Assembly (NCBI GenBank): GCA_036961295.1
Contig: JBALVX010000001.1
Span: forward strand, 25,114 to 89,113
Direction of reading: 5' to 3'
DNA length: 64,000 nt
Source of the DNA: Porticoccaceae bacterium
Lineage (GTDB): Bacteria; Pseudomonadota; Gammaproteobacteria; Pseudomonadales; Porticoccaceae
The notes beneath the pieces are model-generated. The model ran no database searches. It saw only the letters and a list, made by a program, of their open reading frames with translations, and had not been told where the DNA came from. Of this stretch, positions 8,646 to 17,776 are shown piece by piece. The first letter of the stretch is position 1. Each line of letters begins with the position of its first letter. A program made the translations under genes and the position numbers.

Positions 8646-9488
8646 ATGTCGATGATCGACTTTTCGCAGCGACCCGTCCACGGTCGCCCCCGGGTGATGG
8701 GGGTACTCAATATCACGCCGGATTCGTTTTCCGACGGCGGCACTCTGTTTGTCAATAATGCGCTCAACCTCGATGAAACTTTGCGTCGCGCTGAAACCCT
8801 GGTGAGCGAAGAGGCGGATTTGTTGGACGTCGGTGGCGAATCAACGCGACCCGGCGCGGAACAGGTTAGTGAAGCGCAAGAGCTGGATCGAGTGATGCCG
8901 GTGATTGAAGCGTTGATGTCTCGGTTTGATGTGCCGGTGTCAATTGACAGCAGTAATCCGCTGGTTATTTCCAGCGCAGTCGCGGCAGGTGCGGGACTGG
9001 TTAATGACGTGCGTGCACTGGTTCGTCCCGGAGCTTTGGATGCGGCGCGCGATAGTGGCGCGCCAATTTCTTTAATGCATATGCAGGGCCAGCCGGGCAC
9101 TATGCAGGACGCGCCGGTTTATCAAGATGTGGTGGCCGAGGTGCTGGCATTTTTACTGGAGCGCGTGCGCGTTTGCGTTGCAGCGGGCATCCCAAAACAA
9201 CGACTAATGATTGACCCCGGCTTTGGGTTTGGCAAGGAACTCGCGCATAATGCGGCTTTATTGCAGGCGCTACCGGAGTTTGTTGCCCAGGGCTTCCCGG
9301 TGTTGGTGGGGCTGTCCCGCAAGCGCATGGTCGGCGAGATAACGGGTCGCCCGGTTAACGAGCGTGTTTGCGGCAGCGTGGCCCTGGCAATGTTGGCGGC
9401 CCAGCGCGGGGCGTCAATAATACGAGTCCACGATGTTGGCGCCACCGTCGATGCCCTCAAAACACTGGCGGTGATTGAGCCTGCTTAA
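8646..9488 (+). CDS. folP: dihydropteroate synthase
   Basis: 280 aa. VMGVLNITPDSFSDGG...DVGGESTRPGA...IDPGFGFGK. Confidence 0.95.
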   Translation: MSMIDFSQRPVHGRPRVMGVLNITPDSFSDGGTLFVNNALNLDETLRRAETLVSEEADLLDVGGESTRPGAEQVSEAQELDRVMPVIEALMSRFDVPVSIDSSNPLVISSAVAAGAGLVNDVRALVRPGALDAARDSGAPISLMHMQGQPGTMQDAPVYQDVVAEVLAFLLERVRVCVAAGIPKQRLMIDPGFGFGKELAHNAALLQALPEFVAQGFPVLVGLSRKRMVGEITGRPVNERVCGSVALAMLAAQRGASIIRVHDVGATVDALKTLAVIEPA

Positions 9489-9529
9489 GTTAACAAAGCG
9501 AAATGTCGCAAGTGCGACAGATATAGATA

Positions 9530-9593
9530 AAGCGCGATATAAATAAAGCACGATATAAATAAAGCACGATATAAATAAAGCACGATATAAATT
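9530..9593. repeat. tandem repeat, 4 x 16 bp (aagcacgatataaata)
   Basis: Four head-to-tail copies (first aagcGcgatataaata, last ...aaatt). The array ends 6 nt before ATG 9600 of glmM. Confidence 0.9.
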
Positions 9594-9599
9594 AGATAG

Positions 9600-10952
9600 A
9601 TGACGAGCATTATGACAAAACGTTTTTTTGGTACCGATGGTATTCGCGGCACGGTTGGCGAGTATCCCATTACTGCAGATTTCATCCTTAAGCTGGGTTG
9701 GGCCGCAGGCAAAGTATTTGGCGGGAAAAGTGACGAGCGCCAACAGATCCTGGTGGGCAAAGATACTCGGGTCTCCGGTTATATGTTTGAGTCCGCCCTG
9801 GAAGCGGGAATTATTGCCGCAGGTGTCGATGTCGGTTTATTGGGTCCCATGCCGACTCCAGCTATTTCTTATCTGACGCAAACCTTCCGCGCCCAGGCGG
9901 GCATCGTGATTAGCGCTTCGCACAATCCGTTTGCGGATAACGGCATCAAATTTTTTGGCGCCGACGGTTATAAATTGCCGGACAGTGTCGAGCACGAAAT
10001 CGAAAGCTATCTTGACGAGGACATTAGAACGATGGCCTCTAGCCAGTTGGGAAGAGCTAGCCGGGTGGTCGATGCCGCTGGGCGTTATGTCGAATTTTGT
10101 AAGGGTACCTTGCCCCCGGGTTTTAGCTTGAAGGGCATCAAACTGGTTCTCGATTGCGCCAACGGTGCGACCTATCACGTGGCGCCGAATGTGCTTCGGG
10201 AATTAGGTGCGCAGGTGGAAACCATCGGCGTTGACCCCGACGGGTTTAACATCAATCGCGACTGCGGCTCCACCAGTCCTGAGGCGTTGCAGCAGGCAGT
10301 GCTTGAGCAGGGAGCAGACCTGGGCATTGCAATGGATGGCGATGGCGATCGGGTTGCCTTTGTCGATCATACCGGTGCGCTGGTTGATGGCGACGAATTG
10401 CTGTACATAATTGCTGCTCACCGGCATAACAATGGTGGCTGTAGTGGTGTTGCCGGTACCCTGATGAGCAATTACGGTCTCGAAACGGCCCTTGGCGAGT
10501 TGAACATACCCTTCGTGCGTACCGCCGTGGGTGACCGCTATGTGATTGAAGCCATGCGCGAACATCAGTGGGATCTCGGCGGTGAAAATTCCGGTCATCT
10601 GATTTGCGGCGACATCACCACTACTGGGGATGGCATTGTTGCTGCCTTACAGGTGCTGCGGGTGATGGTCGACACTAGTGATCGGCTCTATGACTTGCGC
10701 TCGGGGATGACTAAGCTGCCCCAAACGATGATTAACGTCAAAATCAAAAAGCGTGTGGTACTTGAAGACGATCCGGCCGTGTGCGCGGCCCTCAAGCACG
10801 CAGAGGAAGCCCTGGTGGGCCGGGGTCGAGTGCTATTGCGTCCCTCCGGCACCGAACCGGTGGTGCGGGTGATGATAGAAGGCGAAGATATAAAACAGGT
10901 CGAGCAGTTGGCCCGTGAAGTTGCCGCCGTCGTCGAGCTAGCCGTCGCGTGA
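9600..10952 (+). CDS. glmM: phosphoglucosamine mutase
   Basis: 450 aa. FGTDGIRG, phosphoserine loop SASHNP, MDGDGDR. An alternative ATG lies at 9612. Confidence 0.95.
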   Translation: MTSIMTKRFFGTDGIRGTVGEYPITADFILKLGWAAGKVFGGKSDERQQILVGKDTRVSGYMFESALEAGIIAAGVDVGLLGPMPTPAISYLTQTFRAQAGIVISASHNPFADNGIKFFGADGYKLPDSVEHEIESYLDEDIRTMASSQLGRASRVVDAAGRYVEFCKGTLPPGFSLKGIKLVLDCANGATYHVAPNVLRELGAQVETIGVDPDGFNINRDCGSTSPEALQQAVLEQGADLGIAMDGDGDRVAFVDHTGALVDGDELLYIIAAHRHNNGGCSGVAGTLMSNYGLETALGELNIPFVRTAVGDRYVIEAMREHQWDLGGENSGHLICGDITTTGDGIVAALQVLRVMVDTSDRLYDLRSGMTKLPQTMINVKIKKRVVLEDDPAVCAALKHAEEALVGRGRVLLRPSGTEPVVRVMIEGEDIKQVEQLAREVAAVVELAVA

Positions 10953-11048
10953 ACACCCTGTGGAAGGCCCAAATCGCATTGTATGTCGGTGTTAAGTCCG
11001 TTATTATTGCGCCCCTTTTTGGGCTGGTGACAATGCGTATCCTAGTTA

Positions 11049-11822
11049 ATGCGTAGCCTGGTGGTAGGCAACTGGAAAATGAACGGTTCGCGCCGTTCCA
11101 GTATTCAGTTGTGCGAAGACATTGTTGAGGGCCTGGCTGAAGCTGAAGTAGCTGGGGAAATAGCTCAGCAAGCAGATCGAATAGAAACGGTGGTTTGTCC
11201 GCCCTTTGTATACCTTGCCGACGCCACAGATATTATGGCGCGGACGGAAAGTAGTTTGAGCCTTGGTGCGCAAACCTTAAGCGAAAACAACAACGGTGCG
11301 TTTACCGGTGAAGTGTCGGCGGCCATGTTGGTCGAACTCGCTTGTCGCTACGTGCTAGTCGGGCATTCCGAACGCCGCAGTATTTTCGGCGAAAGCAGTG
11401 CGCAGGTGGCGGATAAGTTTTGCGTAGCACTGACGGCGGGCCTGGTGCCCGTGTTGTGTGTTGGCGAGAGCCAAAGCCAGCGCGATGCCGGCGAGACCTT
11501 CGCGGTTATCGACGAGCAGCTTGATGCGGTCGTCGCCGCAGTTGGTGTCGATACGCTGAGTAGCGCAGTCATTGCCTACGAACCTGTATGGGCGATAGGC
11601 ACTGGCAATACCGCAAGCCCGGCGCAGGCGCAGGCGGTACATGCCCATATTAGAGCCCGCCTGGGTGAGGCTGGTAGCGAAACACGATTATTGTACGGCG
11701 GTAGCGTCAACGCGGATAATGCCGCAGAGCTGTTTGCCGAAGTGGATATTAATGGCGCCCTGGTGGGTGGGGCATCATTAGATGCCGGACAATTTATAGC
11801 TATTTGTAAAGCGGCTACATGA
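11049..11822 (+). CDS. tpiA: triose-phosphate isomerase
   Basis: 257 aa. VVGNWKMNG, VGHSERR, AYEPVWAIGTG. Confidence 0.95.
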   Translation: MRSLVVGNWKMNGSRRSSIQLCEDIVEGLAEAEVAGEIAQQADRIETVVCPPFVYLADATDIMARTESSLSLGAQTLSENNNGAFTGEVSAAMLVELACRYVLVGHSERRSIFGESSAQVADKFCVALTAGLVPVLCVGESQSQRDAGETFAVIDEQLDAVVAAVGVDTLSSAVIAYEPVWAIGTGNTASPAQAQAVHAHIRARLGEAGSETRLLYGGSVNADNAAELFAEVDINGALVGGASLDAGQFIAICKAAT

Positions 11823-11846
11823 CATTGATGGGGTAGTGGAAAACTG

Positions 11847-12251
11847 ATGGAAAATTTAATACTAGCGGCACACATAGTGATCGGTTTAACGATCATCGTT
11901 TTTGTGTTGCTACAGCAAGGCAAAGGTGCCGAAGCCGGTGCCTCTTTTGGAGCTGGAGCGTCGCAAACCTTATTTGGCAGTGTCGGCACCTGGAACTTTT
12001 TCAGCAAAGTTACTGCCTTCCTGGCTCTGGGCTTCTTTATCACCAGTTTTACACTGGCTGTGCTAGCCAGTAAAAATACCGGCGTCGATAGCCAATTGCT
12101 ACCCGAGCTAGAAATTCTGCAAGAGATACCTGGTCTCGATGTATCTGCGTTAGAAGTACCTGATCTTGAAGATTCAGGCCTCGATGATATTAATACCGAC
12201 ATTAATACCGATATTGATTCGGTAGATCAACAACTGCCGTCGCAACCGTAA
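11847..12251 (+). CDS. secG: preprotein translocase subunit SecG (extended acidic C-terminus)
   Basis: 134 aa. LLQQGKGAEAGASFGAGASQTLFGS. C-terminal DDINTDINTDID tail. Confidence 0.9.
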   Translation: MENLILAAHIVIGLTIIVFVLLQQGKGAEAGASFGAGASQTLFGSVGTWNFFSKVTAFLALGFFITSFTLAVLASKNTGVDSQLLPELEILQEIPGLDVSALEVPDLEDSGLDDINTDINTDIDSVDQQLPSQP

Positions 12252-12260
12252 AACGTCGTG

Positions 12261-12358
12261 ATGACTATGGTTAAATGACTATGGTTAAATGACTATGGTT
12301 AAATGATTGTGGTTAAATAACTCTCGTTAAATAACTCTCGTTAAATGATTATGATTAA
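12261..12358. repeat. tandem repeat, 7 x 14 bp, abutting the tRNA-Leu gene
   Basis: Units are 3x atgactatggttaa, atgattgtggttaa, 2x ataactctcgttaa and atgattatgattaa, then a partial atgtatgtat running into tRNA nt 1 (12369). Confidence 0.9.
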
Positions 12359-12368
12359 ATGTATGTAT

Positions 12369-12453
12369 GCCCAAGTGGTGGAATTGGTAGACACGCTATC
12401 TTGAGGGGGTAGTGGCGCAAGCCGTGCCGGTTCAAGTCCGGCTTTGGGCACCA
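12369..12453 (+). tRNA. tRNA-Leu (anticodon GAG)
   Basis: GCCCAAG...CTTGGGCACCA acceptor, anticodon loop TTGAGGG, long variable arm, TTCAAGT T-loop, encoded CCA. Position after secG matches E. coli leuU. Confidence 0.95.
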
Positions 12454-12482
12454 TGTTAAAGACCAGCACCCTCTGCTGGCGA
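12440..12482. repeat. attL: 43-bp direct repeat (last 14 nt of tRNA-Leu plus 29 nt downstream)
   Basis: ggctttgggcaccatgttaaagaccagcaccctctgctggcga is identical to 19281-19323. Confidence 0.9.
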
Positions 12483-12489
12483 CTAAGAA

Positions 12490-12515
12490 GCTCCGCAATG
12501 CGGGGCTTTTTTTTT
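12490..12515 (+). terminator. rho-independent terminator (island-borne) after tRNA-Leu
   Basis: gctccgc aat gcggggc followed by a 9-T run. Confidence 0.75.
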
Positions 12516-12564
12516 ACTTTTTAGTCTGGCTACGTCCTCTACTATCCATTGCTATCTGCCCTTA

Positions 12565-12617
12565 TTGGGGGGTATATTGGGGGTACAAATTGATATGATG
12601 ATAAAAAATACCCCCAA
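12565..12617. promoter_or_regulatory. putative integrase arm-type sites (TTGGGGGTA x2 direct, x1 inverted)
   Basis: ttggggggta (12565-74), ttgggggta (12577-85) and inverted tacccccaa (12609-17) overlapping the int ATG. The same motif recurs at 19197-19217. Confidence 0.5.
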
Positions 12618-13843
12618 TGGCCACCAATAAACTAACCATTCCAGCCGTAAAGAATGCCAAGCCGAGCGAGAAGCAATGGAAGCTGAGCGATGGTGGTGGT
12701 CTCTATCTTTTGATTCAGCCTAAGGGTGGTAAGTACTGGCGTTTGAAATATCGCTATCAGGGCAAAGAAAAGGTTTTAGCGCTTGGGGTATACCCTGAGA
12801 CCACACTTGCTTTGGCGAGAGAAGGTAGGGATAGAGCTAGAGTTTTGTTAGGGAATGGCACTGATCCCAGCCTTGTGCGGAAACAGCGAAAGCGCGCTGG
12901 TAGGATCAATTCTGAAAATACCTTTGAAGCATTGGCTCTCGACTGGATCGAACAGCAGCGGGGCAGATGGTCAATAGGCCATACCGAACGTGTTATCCAG
13001 TCACTCGAAAGTGATGTTTTCCCCCATATCGGATATCGCGCAATTTCTGAACTGACACCTCCCGACATACTGGAAGTTGTTCGCAAAGTTGAAAGCCGTG
13101 ATGCTCTGGATGTAGCGGGGCGCATTTTACAGCGCTGCGGTGCGATCTTTCGCTATGCCGTGCAAACGGGTAGGGCGCAGACGAACCCCGCCTCAGAGCT
13201 AAAGGGGGTGCTAAAAACCCGCAAAGTTGAGCACAGGGCCGCTATTACCCGCGCCGAGCTTCCACAGTTACTTAGAGACGTAGCGACCTATGAAGGCTAT
13301 CTGATTACGCGCCTTGCGCTCAAGTTGCTGATACTTACCTTTGTACGCCCTGGTGAGCTTCGCTTTGCCCGATGGGATGAATTCGACCTTGAAGCGCGCG
13401 TATGGCGTATTCCCGGTGAGCGCATGAAAATGAAGACCGAACACTTAGTACCCTTGTCGCGGCAAGCCATCGATTTATTGGAACAATTGAAACCGATCAC
13501 TGGGCATTATGATTTATTGTTTTCAGGTGAGCGCGGTCAGCTCAAACCCATATCCGAAAACACCATGACCTATGCCCTGTACCGCATGGGCTACAAGAGT
13601 CGGGCCACCGCCCATGGTTTCAGAACCACCGCGTCGTCTATTCTTAATGAAGAAGGCTTCAACCCAGATGCTATCGAACGGCAGCTCTCCCATCTTGAGC
13701 GCAATCAGGTGAGGGGCGCTTACACAAAGCATGCGGAGTACCTGAAAGACCGAACTAGGATGATGCAATGGTGGGCTGACTATTTGGATCAACTGGAGAC
13801 CGGCTCTAATGTGGTGCCGGGCAAGTTTGGGGCAAGTAACTAA
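12617..13843 (+). CDS. int: tyrosine-type site-specific integrase (P4-like, DUF4102 arm-binding N-terminus)
   Basis: 408 aa. LSDGGGLYLLIQPKGGKYWRLKYRYQGKEKVLALGVYP N-domain. Catalytic RPGELR...HGFRTTASS...GAY. Confidence 0.95.
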   Translation: MATNKLTIPAVKNAKPSEKQWKLSDGGGLYLLIQPKGGKYWRLKYRYQGKEKVLALGVYPETTLALAREGRDRARVLLGNGTDPSLVRKQRKRAGRINSENTFEALALDWIEQQRGRWSIGHTERVIQSLESDVFPHIGYRAISELTPPDILEVVRKVESRDALDVAGRILQRCGAIFRYAVQTGRAQTNPASELKGVLKTRKVEHRAAITRAELPQLLRDVATYEGYLITRLALKLLILTFVRPGELRFARWDEFDLEARVWRIPGERMKMKTEHLVPLSRQAIDLLEQLKPITGHYDLLFSGERGQLKPISENTMTYALYRMGYKSRATAHGFRTTASSILNEEGFNPDAIERQLSHLERNQVRGAYTKHAEYLKDRTRMMQWWADYLDQLETGSNVVPGKFGASN

Positions 13844-13942
13844 AGGGGGTTGAATAACCCAGCCTAGCCCGACGGGGCGAACCGGGCAGCTACCCACTGC
13901 CCTTGGCTTGGTTTTTATTCTTGGGTCGCACGGGGGTGTGAG

Positions 13943-14716
13943 GTGAATAATGATGATAGTGGTGAGCGCGATGATGTTTTTATTTTCATACGGAAGCCAA
14001 AGAATAGTAGGTCAGAGCAAACTTTCGATACTAAGCAAGACCTGGCCGACTTCCTGTCAAATGAAAACCTATTCGTCTCATTTGACGAACTTGTTGAAGA
14101 ACACGGCTTGGCGTTGTCAATACAGCTGACGAGTGCGGTTTGTCAATTTAATGAAGACGGCGACGTACTCTCAGCGATCGACGTGATGACCCTTTGCAAA
14201 GTAATGGATTTATACCCGCCAACGGGCGTCATGAATTGGGTATCCCAAGCTTTCTGGGACTTTATGAAGGATGATTCTCAGGCAGAAACGGGTCGGATCG
14301 ATCAAGGAAAGCAATACACAGGTGATATGAATAAACTTCTGGGGATCACGGGCCCAGGCAAACCAATCAATAGCGCTCGAAGAAAGCACAGAAATAAATA
14401 CCTTTACGTCATCATGGGGAATGTGATCCGTGTTTTCGGCGTCAGCGCACACGCTGCGGCAAAGCTGATTTATCAAAGAGAAATGTTTATCGGCACTTGG
14501 CGCTCTTGTGTGGGACTCCCCGATCCATCCTCAATTGAAAGAGCTTACAGCCAATTAAACCCCAAGCCGCACGAAGAGGGTCTATCGCTTGGTTATCGCT
14601 ACCCAGAGAGCCGAGAACACCTGAAAGAGTTTGCGGAGTCCTTTGATGTTCCTGATGCTGATCGTACGGTTATTCAGGCGCTTATGCAGAAAGTTGATTT
14701 ACTTTTTCCGGAATAG
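13943..14716 (+). CDS. hypothetical protein (island)
   Basis: 257-aa ORF with a GTG start. No motif recognised. The first in-frame ATG is about 80 codons in. Confidence 0.45.
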   Translation: MNNDDSGERDDVFIFIRKPKNSRSEQTFDTKQDLADFLSNENLFVSFDELVEEHGLALSIQLTSAVCQFNEDGDVLSAIDVMTLCKVMDLYPPTGVMNWVSQAFWDFMKDDSQAETGRIDQGKQYTGDMNKLLGITGPGKPINSARRKHRNKYLYVIMGNVIRVFGVSAHAAAKLIYQREMFIGTWRSCVGLPDPSSIERAYSQLNPKPHEEGLSLGYRYPESREHLKEFAESFDVPDADRTVIQALMQKVDLLFPE

Positions 14717-14803
14717 AACCAAGGCCTCCTCTTGATTCGATGGAGTCCAGTTTAGGGCTGTCAGATGATTGCTGTTGTCAACTATCGCCAAAGGAGGCAA
14801 AGC

Positions 14804-15058
14804 ATGACTAACAGCAACCGTTCCCCCACTCCCAATACCATACCTTCAAATGACCGAATCTTACGCTGGCCAGAAGTTCATCAGCGTGTAGGTATTTGTC
14901 GCTCTCATGCTCACCAGTTAGTAGCGCAAGGTGAATTCCCCGAGCCAATTAAATTAGGGCCACGTGCCTCTGGTTGGCTCGAATCGGAAATAAATGAATG
15001 GCTCGTACGACGTGTGGCCGAATCTCGCACCGATCAGCTACGCAAAGCGGGGAGCTAA
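14804..15058 (+). CDS. alpA: AlpA-family transcriptional regulator / excisionase-like HTH
   Basis: AGGAGG RBS. ILRWPEVHQRVGICRSHAHQLVAQGEFPEPIKLGPRASGWLESEINEWL is the AlpA signature. Confidence 0.85.
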   Translation: MTNSNRSPTPNTIPSNDRILRWPEVHQRVGICRSHAHQLVAQGEFPEPIKLGPRASGWLESEINEWLVRRVAESRTDQLRKAGS

Positions 15059-15061
15059 ATC

Positions 15062-15526
15062 ATGAAGACACAAAAAAGCCCGGTGACAGCCGGGCAATTC
15101 CGTAACAAATCAACCAATATGCTCAGCAGCAACCAGTTGAATCAGAGTGATTGTAGCTTAAGGATTGGCGGGGGTGGTAGTCCTAGGCCTCGTAGGAGGG
15201 AAACTAAATACGAGCGATCTTGTATCTTGATGATTTCCACCCCAGGGGGTGTGACTGAAAACGATATATTGCGAGCGTGTCGCTTATCTAGTGGGCGTAA
15301 TTACCCGAATAAACTGGAGAAGGAAGCTGGGATTATTATGGGGCGCGCACGTGAACTAAATCCTGACGGCATAGGCTCACATTTCCGTTACAGGATTCGT
15401 TCTGCAAATGACGCACAGCAGGCGATTAAGGTAGTCAACAAACTGAGCATAAGGCGCGGCGCTGGGCCGCTTACCGATGAGCAGGTGAGACGTTTACTGG
15501 CTTTATATAATACCGACGACGAATGA
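15062..15526 (+). CDS. hypothetical protein (island)
   Basis: 154 aa. Starts 3 nt after the alpA stop, with a GGGGAG RBS. No motif recognised. Confidence 0.5.
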   Translation: MKTQKSPVTAGQFRNKSTNMLSSNQLNQSDCSLRIGGGGSPRPRRRETKYERSCILMISTPGGVTENDILRACRLSSGRNYPNKLEKEAGIIMGRARELNPDGIGSHFRYRIRSANDAQQAIKVVNKLSIRRGAGPLTDEQVRRLLALYNTDDE

Positions 15527-15527
15527 A

Positions 15528-15917
15528 ATGGGCGCGGTAAAGAAGTCCAAGAGCCCGCGCTTTATAGGAATCCCACAGCACGTTGCTCATAGCGAAGAGT
15601 TTGCTGCCTTAAAGGGCAATGAAGTAAAACTGTTGATTGATTTGTTAGTGCAATACTATGGCCGGAACAACGGGAAGCTTTCGCCTACTTTAGCTTTGAT
15701 GAAAAAACGGGGGTGGGCTTCTTCATCACTCTACCGGGCTCACACTGGACTTTTAAAAAAAGGCTTTGTCGTAGTAACTCGCCAGGGTTGGAAACAGCGA
15801 GGTCGCCCCACGCTGGTAGCAATCACCTGGAATAGGATTGATGAATGTGACATTGACTATGACGAAGGTATTAGATCCAGCGCAACACCACTTAATAGTT
15901 GGCGCAAGAAACAATGA
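15528..15917 (+). CDS. putative winged-helix DNA-binding protein (possible Rep/regulator of the island)
   Basis: 129 aa. Starts 1 nt after the previous stop. FIGIPQHVAHSEEFAALKGNEVKLLIDLLVQYYGRNNGKLSP...LLKKGFVVVTRQG resembles wHTH proteins of small mobile elements. Confidence 0.45.
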   Translation: MGAVKKSKSPRFIGIPQHVAHSEEFAALKGNEVKLLIDLLVQYYGRNNGKLSPTLALMKKRGWASSSLYRAHTGLLKKGFVVVTRQGWKQRGRPTLVAITWNRIDECDIDYDEGIRSSATPLNSWRKKQ

Positions 15918-15992
15918 ATCCGCATATTTGGGTTGCGAGAAATTTAACGGATCAACCTCTCCTGCATGGCATAGGTTAAGGTCTACCCACGC

Positions 15993-16088
15993 CCATATAG
16001 GAGTGGGTCGCCACAAACTGGAGCTGACCTATGCCATATAGGAGTAGTAACTAGGGGTTTTGGTGAGTGTGTCTATTCCATATAGGAG
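15993..16088 (+). repeat. iteron-like direct repeats, 3 x CCATATAGGAG
   Basis: Exact 11-mers at 15993-16003, 16034-16044 and 16078-16088 (41- and 44-bp spacing), in a convergent intergenic region. Confidence 0.8.
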
Positions 16089-16146
16089 AGTCTTATATAC
16101 AACCATACCCTCTAGAAAAACCGTTGCTGAAAGATTAGTGATAAAT

Positions 16147-16515
16147 CTACGGATCGGAGTTTAGCGCAGCGGCAATAATTGTCTCATTACTGATGCCAGG
16201 AGGCGCAGAGACGTAAAGGCTTATCTCAGCTATCCACCGGAATCCAAGGTGAGCAATGGCGCGTTCATTGGCGGGGGTGAACCGTTCCCCGCCGTCGGGC
16301 TTGATGGTGTTCAGTTGCTGCGGCGCGTGTCCAGGCCTGTAGTCTTGTAGGTAAATTACGTTGCTCATGGTGCGTTGCTCCTGCGGTGTTTCGGTAAAGG
16401 CTTTGCGGAGGCGCGTTTGTAGGGCTTCTGGCCAGCTATCGAGGCTGACTGTCATTGTATCGCGCAGCTTTATGAGGTGGCGACTACCGGTAGGTGTGGG
16501 CGCTAGAATGGGCAA
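16147..16515 (-). CDS. hypothetical protein (island), start uncertain
   Basis: 122-aa ORF from TTG 16515. ATG 16455 is an alternative. ATG 16368 is the only candidate with a good AGGAG RBS (giving 73 aa). Confidence 0.4.
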   Translation of the reverse strand: MPILAPTPTGSRHLIKLRDTMTVSLDSWPEALQTRLRKAFTETPQEQRTMSNVIYLQDYRPGHAPQQLNTIKPDGGERFTPANERAIAHLGFRWIAEISLYVSAPPGISNETIIAAALNSDP

Positions 16516-16629
16516 CTCAAGGTACTACCTTGGCCCATATCCGCACCGGGGGGAGCGCTGAGCGCGGTAAGAGAGAAACTTTTCAGGGCTGACAGCGACA
16601 CCACCTCTTTTTTTGAAGGTGCGTTATAT

Positions 16630-16643
16630 CCTATTAATATAGG
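16630..16643. promoter_or_regulatory. inverted repeat CCTAT-TAAT-ATAGG sharing the iteron core
   Basis: Both arms contain the ATAGG core of the CCATATAGGAG iterons. It lies in the divergent region between 16515 and 16910. Confidence 0.35.
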
Positions 16644-16831
16644 GGTGAAGTGCTTGTCGTTTAAATGGTCAGGTGTCGGTTTTTGCTGTTTTGACCGTGA
16701 AATTGCTGAGCGGTCTGAGTTAGGGGGTAAATGCTCCTGTTATTCACAATAGGCAGACCAAAGTCCAACCATGTGGAGCTGGCCTCTACCTCAATGTTAC
16801 TGATACTCCTGGGAACGTTGCTGGCCCACGA

Positions 16832-16885
16832 GTGTCAGATATAGTGTCAGATATTGTTGACAGTCTGATTGTGGGGAGTTAATCT
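16832..16885 (+). promoter_or_regulatory. candidate sigma70 promoter with an upstream direct-repeat operator for the 3-gene operon
   Basis: GTGTCAGATAT at 16832-42 and 16844-54. -35 TTGACA at 16857-62, 17-nt spacer, -10 TAATCT at 16880-85, 24 nt before ATG 16910. Confidence 0.45.
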
Positions 16886-16909
16886 CCTTTGTGAAAAGGG
16901 AATATAAAT

Positions 16910-17776
16910 ATGACGCGACGATTAAAAATCGCACCACTGATCTTCGTTCAGGTGGAAATGACATGGTCACCACTTCCAGACCCAAATGTACTTAATGTAG
17001 ACGAGCTTACTCAATTTCATCGCGCTCTGCAGAAGCTGGGGTTTTCTCAGAAGCAGGAATTAGAGTTCACTTGGCAGGAGCTATCTTTATCCGGTGCTGA
17101 TAGCGCCCTAAAATCTAGGAGCCAAATCAGACATATTTTTTCGAACCCGGAAAGGGACTGTCAAGTAGAGATAACCAGAGAGAAAGTATCCATAAAGCAA
17201 AGCCGGTATGCAGGGTTTGAAGCATTGTTTACTTTGGCTAAGGACGTGATTTCGTTATTGGAGGCTGTCGAGGATATTCGCAATACTGGAGTTGGTGTTG
17301 TATCAATTCATTATGTTGATTTATTTATACCTAGCAAAGGGCGTCAACTTGAGGAATATGTTAGCTCGCAGTTGATTCCTTTCTCTCCAGCACTAAGCAA
17401 TATTCTAGCGAAACAGAGAACCGCATCTTCAGTTATACTCTTGGAAAAGAGTGACGCTAAGATACGGGATATAGCTGTTAGGCTAAATATCTATCAAGCA
17501 GATGGGGGCAAGATGCCAATCTTTGTCCCCGTTGAGCTGCAAGAGCAGCAGCAGGAAGCTGCTATGCGTTTATTTCTACCTGAAATTGATTTTGATGAAA
17601 ATGTTGAATATGGCCTGATGGATATTAGGCATGCTAGTAAATTTGTGAAACAAGAAAAATTTGGTGATGTTAACAAAGGCGAGGAGCTTAGATCGCTATA
17701 CCAAATAGCAAGTAATGTTTTTTGGGATATATTATCTGAACCAGCGAAGGAGGAGTGGGGTTATTCCGATGAATAA
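16910..17776 (+). CDS. uncharacterised protein, possibly TIGR04255-like (cargo gene A)
   Basis: 288 aa. N-terminal APLIFVQVEMTW and central VVSIHYVDLF recall the TIGR04255 pattern (from memory, unverified). No TM segment or catalytic motif seen. Confidence 0.6.
   Translation: MTRRLKIAPLIFVQVEMTWSPLPDPNVLNVDELTQFHRALQKLGFSQKQELEFTWQELSLSGADSALKSRSQIRHIFSNPERDCQVEITREKVSIKQSRYAGFEALFTLAKDVISLLEAVEDIRNTGVGVVSIHYVDLFIPSKGRQLEEYVSSQLIPFSPALSNILAKQRTASSVILLEKSDAKIRDIAVRLNIYQADGGKMPIFVPVELQEQQQEAAMRLFLPEIDFDENVEYGLMDIRHASKFVKQEKFGDVNKGEELRSLYQIASNVFWDILSEPAKEEWGYSDE

Noticed and set aside
9414-9760. Minus-strand ORFs with striking repeated peptide YIVLYLYRALFISCFIY.
   Set aside because: The repeated peptide is simply the translation of the 4 x 16-bp non-coding tandem repeat upstream of glmM. 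The ORFs also overlap the folP 3' end and the glmM 5' end.
12261-12358. Whether the short tandem arrays (this one, 9530-9593, 57732-57787 and others) could be CRISPR arrays.
   Set aside because: The units are 14-16 bp and directly abutting, with no spacers. There is no cas gene or leader. They are plain tandem repeats.
15753-16041. ORFs 15753..16016 (-) and 15838..16041 (+) across the iteron region.
   Set aside because: They overlap the 3' end of the wHTH gene and the iterons, and have no RBS. The repeats explain the sequence better.
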